Shown: positions 28,284-36,684, numbered from the stretch's first letter. The stretch is DNA of 64,000 nt from Alistipes sp. (GCA_017647025.1 JAGCLL010000043.1:1598-65597), one strand, 5' to 3'. Program-made: numbers and translations. The notes: generated by a model not told the origin, from the letters alone.

Positions 28284-29696
28284 CTAAAAAATAGTGTGTC
28301 CGTTGCGGTGTTTTCTACGGAGTTGGCGTTTTATCTGCTCCCTACGGTTGTGTTTCTTCTTCAAAACAACTTTGGAAAAATCGTCTGCGAAATAGATGTA
28401 CTTGTACCAACCCAAATCAACCGCCCTTGCTATGTTTCGCCTGATGGCATAGGCGGAACAATGTTGCATAAAACCGAGATATGAGTTGAGCTGTGCAATA
28501 AAGTGTTCGGCATAGCCGGCTCGCTCCTCATCAGGAACGGCATTTGCTATACCTATATTATTAAAGGCATTGTGCACGATGCGATTTGAAATATAGATGC
28601 GTTCTCGTTTGATTACGGAGCCAATGAACGCCACACCTTTGGTATAATGTTGAATATAGAATTTCTTGGGGTGGAGCGTTACATTTATCTCGGCCAACCT
28701 TTCACGCAACTGCGGAACTATCGAAAGAAGTAACTGCTTGTCTTTCGACACGAGATAGGCGTCATCGACAAATCGACCATACTTGACTCCGGGCATACTC
28801 GCCACAAAGTGGTCTATCTCGTTCATATAGTAGTTAGCAGCCATCTGAGAGGAGAGATTGCCAATTGGTAGGCCAAACTTGTCGCCCGAATGGAATAGAC
28901 TTTTGTTGGCATCTAATCCCTCCCACTCGTGCAGTTTGGATTTGCGGACACAATGATGTGTGGGGCAATCTTGTAGAATTACCCGAGTAAGCCACTTGAT
29001 GATATCCTTGTCGGTACCATCATATTTGTCTTCGATAAGTCGGTCAAACATATCGCACAGTATATCCTTGGATAACGACATAAAGAAACCCTTGCAGTCA
29101 ATCTTCATTACCCAGCAATCAACAGTGTAATTCTCGGACACCTCGGCGATATCTGCGTGTAGTTGTTTGATACCATACAAACACCCTTTGCCCACTCGAT
29201 TGTTGAAGGTGTTCGTTATGAGTTCTTCTTCGATGATTGGAACAAGCCGTTTGGCTATTAGATGGTGGATAATTCTATCTCGGAAATCAGCAGCGAATAT
29301 CTCTCGCTTACAAGGTTTGTTTATGATAAATGAGATAGAACGAGAAGTTGAATATGTCCGGGCATTTATATCTCGCCAAAGTTGGATAAGATTGCGTTCA
29401 TAATCAACCTCAAACAATAACGCATTGGCGGTATTCCTCTTATTTTTCCTACAATCATAATACGCCTCAAAAACATCTTCTAAACTTATTAGCCCCTCTT
29501 GATGAAATTCGGACACCGCCCTAACAGTATTAGAATTATTCTTATTGTTGTTATTCATATTGCCATTTGCGTTGTAATACCAACTATTAGCGGAGTCAGC
29601 TGCCCATATCTTCGTCTTAACTATAAATGATAGTTGGCAGTCCTTTTTATCGTGGGCTCTCTCGACATAGTCCCCTATATCGACCCTCCCCGACAT
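28284..29696 (-). CDS. DGR reverse transcriptase (start uncertain; ORF includes the TR)
   Basis: KREIFAADFRDRIIHH, NRVGKG, KIDCKGFFMS, GLPIGNLSSQ, YGRFVDD, LHPKK, GVAFIG, NSYLG; next to avd and TR. Confidence 0.95.
   Translation of the reverse strand: MSGRVDIGDYVERAHDKKDCQLSFIVKTKIWAADSANSWYYNANGNMNNNNKNNSNTVRAVSEFHQEGLISLEDVFEAYYDCRKNKRNTANALLFEVDYERNLIQLWRDINARTYSTSRSISFIINKPCKREIFAADFRDRIIHHLIAKRLVPIIEEELITNTFNNRVGKGCLYGIKQLHADIAEVSENYTVDCWVMKIDCKGFFMSLSKDILCDMFDRLIEDKYDGTDKDIIKWLTRVILQDCPTHHCVRKSKLHEWEGLDANKSLFHSGDKFGLPIGNLSSQMAANYYMNEIDHFVASMPGVKYGRFVDDAYLVSKDKQLLLSIVPQLRERLAEINVTLHPKKFYIQHYTKGVAFIGSVIKRERIYISNRIVHNAFNNIGIANAVPDEERAGYAEHFIAQLNSYLGFMQHCSAYAIRRNIARAVDLGWYKYIYFADDFSKVVLKKKHNRREQIKRQLRRKHRNGHTIF
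29505..29593 (-). repeat. DGR template repeat (TR)
   Basis: AAY-rich (11 Asn codons); matches 30176-30264 except at adenines of the minus strand. Confidence 0.95.
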
Positions 29697-30055
29697 TTCT
29701 TTTTCTCTATCTCTTTAATGGTATAGTTCTTCCAGCCAGTTGCCTGATTGGCAATGTCGTCAATAAGTAAGAAGATGTTCGTGAGCGTATTTATTTTTAA
29801 GATATGTTTCTCTTCGCAGATCCGTAGAAATACTCGCAGTTCCTCAAAGTCTGACAAGTACTCCTCAATTGCCTCCACTCGTTTTTCGTCTTTCTCTTTA
29901 TTCGCTTTAACAATCCACTTGAATAGCGAGTATGTTTTATTCAGGATATGCTCCCCGAGAGTGTATCGGTGGAGTTTTGGGAATTGAGCCATTGCATCAT
30001 ATATGGTCGATGTCAATTCGTAGGTCTTTTTATAAATCGGTAGTCGTTCAATCAT
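29675..30055 (-). CDS. avd: Avd-like four-helix-bundle accessory protein
   Basis: 126 aa, LPIYKKTYEL...FPKLHRYTLGEHI...LRVFLRI...QATGWKN; sits between target gene and TR. Confidence 0.88.
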   Translation of the reverse strand: MIERLPIYKKTYELTSTIYDAMAQFPKLHRYTLGEHILNKTYSLFKWIVKANKEKDEKRVEAIEEYLSDFEELRVFLRICEEKHILKINTLTNIFLLIDDIANQATGWKNYTIKEIEKKKCRGGSI

Positions 30056-30094
30056 ACCCCCAAAAATTTTTCGAAAAAAAGTCGGCTTCGCCGA

Positions 30095-30102
30095 CAAAGG
30101 TA
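30095..30102 (-). promoter_or_regulatory. Putative -7 promoter box for avd-TR-RT
   Basis: Minus strand TACCTTTG, identical to the rplY, tRNA-Val and hicAB boxes, 40 nt upstream of the avd ATG. Confidence 0.6.
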
Positions 30103-30127
30103 ATCATTTTTCCAAGAAAAATGAAAA

Positions 30128-30151
30128 GACCTCGGTCATACAACCGAGGTC
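30128..30151 (-). terminator. Hairpin downstream of VR (terminator and/or DGR target-recognition cruciform)
   Basis: GACCTCGGT-6nt-ACCGAGGTC perfect 9-bp stem, followed by TTTTC on the minus strand, about 21 nt after the target stop. Confidence 0.75.
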
Positions 30152-30172
30152 AAAAGGAAAAAGCAATCCTAA

Positions 30173-31516
30173 TTAAAAAGCGGACACCGCCCTAACAGCA
30201 TTAGAATTACTCCTACCGTTGCGATACATACTGCCACCTGCGTTGTAATACCAACTATGAGCGGCATTGTACTGGGTTGAAGACCAAATGTAGGAACTCT
30301 CGGGACGACAATTTCCTCCGCTCAATTTGGCGAGAGTTTGATTGAGAGCGTCTGTTCCGCCGATTTCCGTCTGCTCCATCAACTTTTTAAGAATGGCAAA
30401 ACTTGGCAAAACCCAATCGTGCAAACCGATATTTGTTCCGCTATTCTCGCCAAGAGCCAATGGGTCAAAGTTGTGGCAGAGGTAGGCAGCCGGATATATA
30501 GGTTTCTCAACTCCGTGGATATCGGTATATTTAGCACCTGCCAATCTTACCGTGTTGTGCTTGGACTCTCGGTCAAGCATAGCACCTTTATGAGTTGGGT
30601 CCTTAATTAAGTGGTCACGCACATACGCCTCATAATCACCGTTGTAATGTGCATAAACGATAGGATTATCCACCTCATTAAATACACTTTCTCTTAATAC
30701 GCCATAGTGGAGGATTGATTGGTTTTTATCTTCATTACCTTTTTCTCGGTAATACTGCAAGAAACGCTCATAATGACACCCTGCATAAGAAACTAAATTA
30801 CCAACCTTTCTCAACACATAATATGTGGGGTATTCCTCTCCAATAACATCAGCGACCAAAGTCGTCTGGTAGTCCATAGGAGTCACCTGTGTAATGGTTT
30901 CACCCTTCTTGGCTCCGCTAATGGCTACACTGCTGATGTGAGGGGTGTACCAATGCCAAGCAATAGAGATATCGTTGCCATCAACCGACACTACCCAATG
31001 AGCACCCAAAGAACTCGCATCGAGAGCTGCTTTGATTTGTGTTGCGATATCCGCAAGTGTTCCCGAGGAGTAGGCGATTGGTATTACCACATCGTTATAT
31101 GTGAGGGTAAAACCTCCTCCTGATGTTGACACTCCGTGAACATAGACGATAAAGCCCTCTGCCCAGCGTGCAGATTGTGCTTTGGCAGCCATTACATACA
31201 CTTTGCTACCATCGTTATCAAACACAACACCCACAGCGGTTACGCCCATAGCATTGAGCATAGTAGTCGTTTCACTGGCTGTTGCCGGGAGTGATGCGTG
31301 GTCGATAAAGCGAACACCGTGCGTAGCATCATAAACCACGACATCACCGAACTTGGCAAAAATCTTCTCTACGAACACTCCGTAGCCTTCAATCTTACAC
31401 TCGCCTGTGCTTTCGATAAGAGATATTGTACTCGCTTTGAGAGCCTTTCTACGGCTCGCATCTGCTGTGTATTCCTCGTTTGTTGTGTATTTGTTAATGC
31501 TCTGCATAATGCTCAA
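30173..31516 (-). CDS. DGR target protein, C-terminal CLec-like domain, probable receptor-binding/tail protein
   Basis: DWVLPS..., YIWSSTQY...SWY...VRAVSAF C-terminus typical of DGR targets; contains the VR. Confidence 0.85.
   Translation of the reverse strand: MSIMQSINKYTTNEEYTADASRRKALKASTISLIESTGECKIEGYGVFVEKIFAKFGDVVVYDATHGVRFIDHASLPATASETTTMLNAMGVTAVGVVFDNDGSKVYVMAAKAQSARWAEGFIVYVHGVSTSGGGFTLTYNDVVIPIAYSSGTLADIATQIKAALDASSLGAHWVVSVDGNDISIAWHWYTPHISSVAISGAKKGETITQVTPMDYQTTLVADVIGEEYPTYYVLRKVGNLVSYAGCHYERFLQYYREKGNEDKNQSILHYGVLRESVFNEVDNPIVYAHYNGDYEAYVRDHLIKDPTHKGAMLDRESKHNTVRLAGAKYTDIHGVEKPIYPAAYLCHNFDPLALGENSGTNIGLHDWVLPSFAILKKLMEQTEIGGTDALNQTLAKLSGGNCRPESSYIWSSTQYNAAHSWYYNAGGSMYRNGRSNSNAVRAVSAF
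30176..30264 (-). repeat. DGR variable repeat (VR) including IMH
   Basis: Encodes the last residues of the target gene; adenine-only differences from TR; GC-rich GGGCGGTGTCCG 3' end shared with TR. Confidence 0.95.
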
Positions 31517-31745
31517 TGTTTAGTCGTTCAACCTCCTGTTCTTTGGCAAGTTGCTCTCTCAACTCCACCACCTCTCCTTGGAGAGTGTTGATGCGTTCTA
31601 CCGCCTCGATGCGTTTCGCCCTTACCTCTTCGGGTATCTCTCGTTGGCGTTCTATCTGTGCAATGAGTTGCCAGTCGGTACTATTAAGGTACGCCTGGCA
31701 CTCCAAAATTTCTCGCTCCTTTTGGTTAATAATCTCTTGTGTCAT
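31494..31745 (-). CDS. Small coiled-coil phage protein, possible fibre assembly chaperone
   Basis: YLNSTDW motif; overlaps the target gene start. Confidence 0.5.
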   Translation of the reverse strand: MTQEIINQKEREILECQAYLNSTDWQLIAQIERQREIPEEVRAKRIEAVERINTLQGEVVELREQLAKEQEVERLNIEHYAEH

Positions 31746-31757
31746 ATCTCCTATAAT

Positions 31758-32333
31758 TTAAGATTTCCAATCTGATACGGCATTGTCGCCAAACGCTGTG
31801 TATCGCACTTTGTTTGTTTTGTCAATGTAGGTCTGTCCTACAAAGTCAGGTACCTCCGAAGGTGCACCCTCGCCAACCAAAACGAGATTTGTCGGTCCGA
31901 AGATGTTGAATGCTCCACGCACATTTACATCTTCGAGGTCTGCAAGTGGGAGCAACTTGGCAATAAATTTGGCAATTGCCATCAATCGGGCTTTGTTGGC
32001 CGCCACTGCCTCCGAAGTAATATCTTCGGTATCGGGCAACTCCTCGTATGCTAATTCTGCCTCGTCTGCACTTGATTGTGCAGCACTCTTTGCACTATTC
32101 GCAATCGTAGCAGAGTTGCTTGCACTTTGAGCCGAAGTTGCCGCACTTGATGCCGCAGTTTCCGCCCTTTGTGCGTGGTTTGCCAATTCTCCGAGTACAG
32201 CGTTGATTTGTCCGGGAGTGGCATACATAACCGTTCCCGACTCGCTATCCCATATCAGTATTTTATCATTGCTCTTGACTTTGGCGATACGCTCAAAATC
32301 ATCTGCAAAAACTTTCTTTGATTGCTCGCTCAT
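31758..32333 (-). CDS. Tail-fibre-associated hypothetical protein
   Basis: AASSAATSAQSASNSA low-complexity stretch; GEGAP...GQTYID motif. Confidence 0.5.
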   Translation of the reverse strand: MSEQSKKVFADDFERIAKVKSNDKILIWDSESGTVMYATPGQINAVLGELANHAQRAETAASSAATSAQSASNSATIANSAKSAAQSSADEAELAYEELPDTEDITSEAVAANKARLMAIAKFIAKLLPLADLEDVNVRGAFNIFGPTNLVLVGEGAPSEVPDFVGQTYIDKTNKVRYTAFGDNAVSDWKS

Positions 32334-32335
32334 AA

Positions 32336-32974
32336 CTACTCCATTAGTTCAATGTAACCGACTTTGTTAATCTTGGTGTGAGGATTTGCACTCACCACAT
32401 CGTAACGGACAATCTTGCCTTTACGCTTAAATAGGCATTTCTTTGGCTTACGATATGCTACTATGGTCAAACTATCGACAACCTTAATATCGACATCTAC
32501 GGTGTCCTCTTTTATTACTCCGTCAAGTGTAACCCACTCATCAGTAAAATGGAATGCTCGCTCAAAAAATATAGGTTTTGATGGTGTGGTAATACTGTCT
32601 ATCTTTATGGGTTCCTCGATTATGGGTGCGGTTACTTCAATTTTTGTTTCCGTGCTAATGTGAGCCATACTTTCGAGGTCTGACACCTTCAACCGTAGAT
32701 TTTTGATTTCTCGTTCATACTGCGGCATAAGATTTTCCAACTCCGCTTTACGCAGAGATAGGGCGTTGATAGATGCTACCAACTGCCCGTTCTCTGCGGT
32801 GTAATACTCGACATCAGCCAACAGCGATGTTTGATTACTCTCCAAGCGGTCAATTTCCTCTCGTTTCTCGCTGTTTTGATGCGAGAGTAGTGCGATGATA
32901 CCGATTGAGATTACAAGGGCTACAATGAGCCAAAACTGCACCGATTTGAGCAGTCGTAAAATTAGTGTTTTCAT
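32336..32974 (-). CDS. Membrane-anchored coiled-coil protein, spanin-like
   Basis: N-terminal TM helix and coiled coil; follows the endolysin. Confidence 0.55.
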   Translation of the reverse strand: MKTLILRLLKSVQFWLIVALVISIGIIALLSHQNSEKREEIDRLESNQTSLLADVEYYTAENGQLVASINALSLRKAELENLMPQYEREIKNLRLKVSDLESMAHISTETKIEVTAPIIEEPIKIDSITTPSKPIFFERAFHFTDEWVTLDGVIKEDTVDVDIKVVDSLTIVAYRKPKKCLFKRKGKIVRYDVVSANPHTKINKVGYIELME

Positions 32975-33588
32975 TTGTTTTGATGTTTTTGGTTATACAA
33001 TTCTATACATTTCTTTATGGACTCGAAGTACCATTCTGCAATTTGCTCTCTGCCCTCCTCACTCATCAGGATACGACAATCTGGCTCATAATCGAAGAAG
33101 TAACTCTCTATGAGTACAGCAGGACACAATGTTTTGCGGAGCATATAAAAAGCCTCTTCCTTGTCGTGGTCGCCATCGCTCATATCGCAACGCTTTCGAG
33201 CATCTGGGCAATGCTCCAAAGATTGCTCATAGAAAATCTCCGCATACTCATCAGACTCCGTTACACCCTTGCTCGTGTAAACCTCTATACCCGAGGCATT
33301 GTGGTTTTTGCTTGCGTTGGAGTGTACGGAGAGGAGCAAACAATTATTTCTACCGTACTTATGACACAATGCGTTCACTCTGTTGGCTCTCGTAGCAAGT
33401 GGAACATCAAACTCCTCGGGAGTGATAATGTGGTACGGAATGCCCTCTCGGTCAAGTTTAAGAGCCACTCTGCGCACCGTATCTCTGTTACACTCATATT
33501 CGAGGAGTTGTGTGCCATCGTTCCACACAGGACTGCACTTGCCCGGAGTGTTATTGCCGTGTCCGCCGTTTAGTAATATACGCAACAT
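32971..33588 (-). CDS. N-acetylmuramoyl-L-alanine amidase (endolysin, Amidase_3-like)
   Basis: LNGGHG, E.E.N, SVHSNA, PAVLIE zinc/catalytic motifs. Confidence 0.9.
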   Translation of the reverse strand: MLRILLNGGHGNNTPGKCSPVWNDGTQLLEYECNRDTVRRVALKLDREGIPYHIITPEEFDVPLATRANRVNALCHKYGRNNCLLLSVHSNASKNHNASGIEVYTSKGVTESDEYAEIFYEQSLEHCPDARKRCDMSDGDHDKEEAFYMLRKTLCPAVLIESYFFDYEPDCRILMSEEGREQIAEWYFESIKKCIELYNQKHQNK

Positions 33589-33590
33589 AA

Positions 33591-34052
33591 CTACTCCTTA
33601 GCTTTTCGTGACTCAATGATTGCCTTTGTCAATGCCTCGACCAACTCGTCTTTGTTTACCATATTAGCTGCAATTTCTCCAACACGAGCAAACTCCGTCC
33701 TCGTCTTTTGGTCAGCCTTCTCTTTGACGCTGATAAACTCGACTACGAGTAAGAATATACCGAGAATGCAAGTAACAATCGGCACTCCTGCGAGTGTTGA
33801 GAGGTGGAATAGTTCCATAAAGTGGCAGAAATGCATCAGCAAATCCACACCTGCTGCGATAAGCATTCCACCTTCATAGGTTATAAACTTGGTAAGGGTG
33901 CGTTTTAGCCCCCAGCTACTCCTAAACTCGCCTCTCTGTCTCGCCTTTTGCAGACCGCTCACAAGGTCAATAATCATTGCGCCCAAAACGATTAGGCACG
34001 CAATCACGACAATAGAAATCATATTGCCCGTATCCATAAATAGTTCGTTCAT
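33591..34052 (-). CDS. Phage holin
   Basis: Three hydrophobic helices, DLVSG..KA, S.GLKRT..K, EFISVKE; upstream of the amidase. Confidence 0.82.
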   Translation of the reverse strand: MNELFMDTGNMISIVVIACLIVLGAMIIDLVSGLQKARQRGEFRSSWGLKRTLTKFITYEGGMLIAAGVDLLMHFCHFMELFHLSTLAGVPIVTCILGIFLLVVEFISVKEKADQKTRTEFARVGEIAANMVNKDELVEALTKAIIESRKAKE

Positions 34053-34072
34053 AGTGTGTATAATTTTAGGGT

Positions 34073-34639
34073 TTACTTTCCAATTGCAAGAAATCTATGT
34101 TTCTTCTTGGCCGGAATACTCTTGTTGCTGACAAATTTCCAATATCTCACGCAACTATCGAGGTATTCCATACCGATTTTGTAAGCGTCATTTGATACTG
34201 CGGAGATTGTTCGAGCCTCCACAGGTGTACTATCTTGACCATATTTGGTAACTACACCGTAGGGGGAAACATTTACATCGTGATTTCGCACAAATCGAGC
34301 GTAAGCAAGGTAAGCAAGAGCCATACGAACACCATCTACTCGACACAATTGTCCCGATGCATCGGTATAATAGCCACCATTGAGCAATGTGTGCTCCTCG
34401 GTAGGTAAATCGCCCTCCATTCCCGACATAATAGAGTTGCCTTGTTCATCGCACACTTGGGTATCTCCATCTTCTGATGTAATCTTTCCCAAGTTGGCGA
34501 ATTTTCGGCATAGTTCTGCACCGATTACGGGCTCGATATCGAGAGATGTTGCCTCTCGAATATAGACATTGACCTTTTCATCGTCTATATTTTGTGCTAT
34601 CGAGCGGATTTTACGAATGAAATCTACATCTATTATCAT
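34073..34639 (-). CDS. Probable head-tail adaptor
   Basis: YIREA..LDIEPVIG, LAYLAYARFV; directly after the portal. Confidence 0.55.
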   Translation of the reverse strand: MIIDVDFIRKIRSIAQNIDDEKVNVYIREATSLDIEPVIGAELCRKFANLGKITSEDGDTQVCDEQGNSIMSGMEGDLPTEEHTLLNGGYYTDASGQLCRVDGVRMALAYLAYARFVRNHDVNVSPYGVVTKYGQDSTPVEARTISAVSNDAYKIGMEYLDSCVRYWKFVSNKSIPAKKKHRFLAIGK

Positions 34640-35913
34640 TGCTCTGTATTGTTTAGTAGTTCGTGTAATTTGTCATCGCTAATGCCATAAATGACACGCA
34701 GGATAGATGCTTTTCTCTTATATTCGAGAGTATCATTAAAGACTATTTCCAAAACTTTGTCGGTATTTGAGCCCAAACGCTCGGCAAGCGTGGCATTTAC
34801 CTCATAAATTTTTGGCAATATAAGATAGTCGTTCTCTGCAATTACTGCCTTATTATGCCACAAATCAAAAATCTTCTTGAACTGTTCCGATATAGCCTTT
34901 CGTTCGTCCTCGGTGATTGTATTGTAGAAGTGATATGCGTTCTGCATCAAGTCTGCACCAAAACCTGCTCCAACATCTTCGGCTCGGAGAATAGGCGGTT
35001 GCAAGAATGCACCACCAATAGTCTGCGGAGTTTTGTCTTCCGTCTCCGTAAATTCCTTATCGTAGTTCTTACCTTGGAATGGAATGAATTCTGGTGCTTT
35101 CTCTTGATTTTCTACCTGAACATACATTATCTGCCCGGCATTCACATCACCTTGGAACTTCTCCAACTCGGCTTTGGTCTCCGCTTCTTGGTCTTCGCTG
35201 TTGTTGGTATTATCGTAATCGACAAGTATACCAGCAGGGAGGAAGTTGTGTCGCACATTACGATATGATATGTTGGACAAACCCTCCTCCACGCTCATAT
35301 CGGTAACCACAGCCTCATATATCGGGGTGGGATATACTTTGTCGCCACTCCTCGAATAGTAGAGTATCTGTCCCTTATAACCATTCCAACCACCTGCTGC
35401 ATCTACCTCCTTTTGTATATGCTCAGGGTTAGGGTTGAAAAAGCCGAATGTTTCTATATCTTTTGCATTGAATTTTCTTAATCGGGAATACCTCTTGCCC
35501 CAATCGGGGTGCATCTTCAACTTGTCAAATTTGAAGTTCTCATCGAGATTTTCAAATCGCAACCACTCAAAAGGTATATGATGCACGCTCGTAATCTCAT
35601 ACAAAGCGTTATAGTTTATATGTAAGGCAAAACCTCCATAGTGAGCAAGGTCATCTGCAACGAGCTGTAACAAAGCCGAAACGGTCTGCATTTTGGAATT
35701 GACAATACAGTCGTTAAATGCAGGACAATTAAAGCCACGACCAGCAATAAACTTTTGGTATATATTGACACACTTGTTACCAGTGCGTGACGCCGACACA
35801 ATCTCCGCTAAACGCTGGGGATAGTCGTTCTGCTCTCCATAAGTCTGAATACCATAACTCTGATTGTTTGCAGACTCTATTCGTTGTTCCGTATTTAGTA
35901 TGCTTGCTTTCAT
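34636..35913 (-). CDS. Probable portal protein
   Basis: 425 aa; YGEQNDYPQ, FIAGRG, YGGFALHINY, YPTP.Y, NFLPAG motifs resembling Bacteroidota phage portals. Confidence 0.75.
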   Translation of the reverse strand: MKASILNTEQRIESANNQSYGIQTYGEQNDYPQRLAEIVSASRTGNKCVNIYQKFIAGRGFNCPAFNDCIVNSKMQTVSALLQLVADDLAHYGGFALHINYNALYEITSVHHIPFEWLRFENLDENFKFDKLKMHPDWGKRYSRLRKFNAKDIETFGFFNPNPEHIQKEVDAAGGWNGYKGQILYYSRSGDKVYPTPIYEAVVTDMSVEEGLSNISYRNVRHNFLPAGILVDYDNTNNSEDQEAETKAELEKFQGDVNAGQIMYVQVENQEKAPEFIPFQGKNYDKEFTETEDKTPQTIGGAFLQPPILRAEDVGAGFGADLMQNAYHFYNTITEDERKAISEQFKKIFDLWHNKAVIAENDYLILPKIYEVNATLAERLGSNTDKVLEIVFNDTLEYKRKASILRVIYGISDDKLHELLNNTEQ

Positions 35914-35928
35914 ATCGTATTAAAAAAT

Positions 35929-35963
35929 TACTGCGTGGTTACCTATCAGATAGCCACGCAGTA
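35929..35963 (-). terminator. Intrinsic terminator within the late operon
   Basis: TACTGCGTGGTTA / TAGCCACGCAGTA stem with T run on the minus strand. Confidence 0.72.
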
Positions 35964-35973
35964 CTGGATTGAA

Positions 35974-36681
35974 TTACTCTCGTGACCCCTCGCCATCGGT
36001 AGGCTTGATGTCATCGCTTTTACCAGAGTCCCCCTCGGCAAAGCCTTGCTCTACCTCGAAATCCTCCAACGCTTTTTCTGCTGCTGCCAACACCTCTTCG
36101 GCAGTTGCTACACGCTCCTCTGCTTTGGCGATTTTGTTTGCATCGGTGCCTTTCTGCACCTTGCTCAAATTCTTCTTCGCAGTGGTGAGTGCTGATTTTG
36201 CCTTTGATACGGCTTTCTCCAATGCCTCACGCACCTCATTCTCCTCGCCATCGGTAGGCTTTTCATCTTGCCCTGCGATGTACTCCGCAACCAACTGCTC
36301 GTAGTTCTCGGGGTACTTGGCAAACTTCTTGATGCACTTTGGATTGGTAGCGAGGTGGTACAATGCCAACTCGTCTGTAAGATTGTGATGTGATGCCAAT
36401 TTTGCGTTATCGCCACACTCTACATCGATAAGCAAAGCACCTGTTTTGAGTTCAAATTGTCGTGTTCCCATACTCTCTAATTTGTTAATGTCTGTTCTTG
36501 TCAAGAGGATAAAAGCATCGAGCCAACAATCATTACAACCTTTGTTGAGTTTACGATGTGTCGTTGCCACATAGATGCTCTCTATCTCTTGCCGAAACGA
36601 CTCCTCCGTTTGTATCCGGGCTTTCACCTCCGAGTACTTTAAGGAGGAGTATCGTTCACGGAAAGTTTCTAACACTCCCAT
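35974..36681 (-). CDS. Hypothetical phage protein with CxxC and C-terminal coiled coil
   Basis: 235-aa ORF tightly packed after the structural genes. Confidence 0.65.
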   Translation of the reverse strand: MGVLETFRERYSSLKYSEVKARIQTEESFRQEIESIYVATTHRKLNKGCNDCWLDAFILLTRTDINKLESMGTRQFELKTGALLIDVECGDNAKLASHHNLTDELALYHLATNPKCIKKFAKYPENYEQLVAEYIAGQDEKPTDGEENEVREALEKAVSKAKSALTTAKKNLSKVQKGTDANKIAKAEERVATAEEVLAAAEKALEDFEVEQGFAEGDSGKSDDIKPTDGEGSRE

Positions 36682-36684
36682 AGG

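Noticed and set aside
28284-29696. RT as a group II intron, retron or Abi RT
   Set aside because: GNLSSQ motif, adjacent avd and an adenine-only TR/VR pair identify a DGR; no intron or msr-msd features seen
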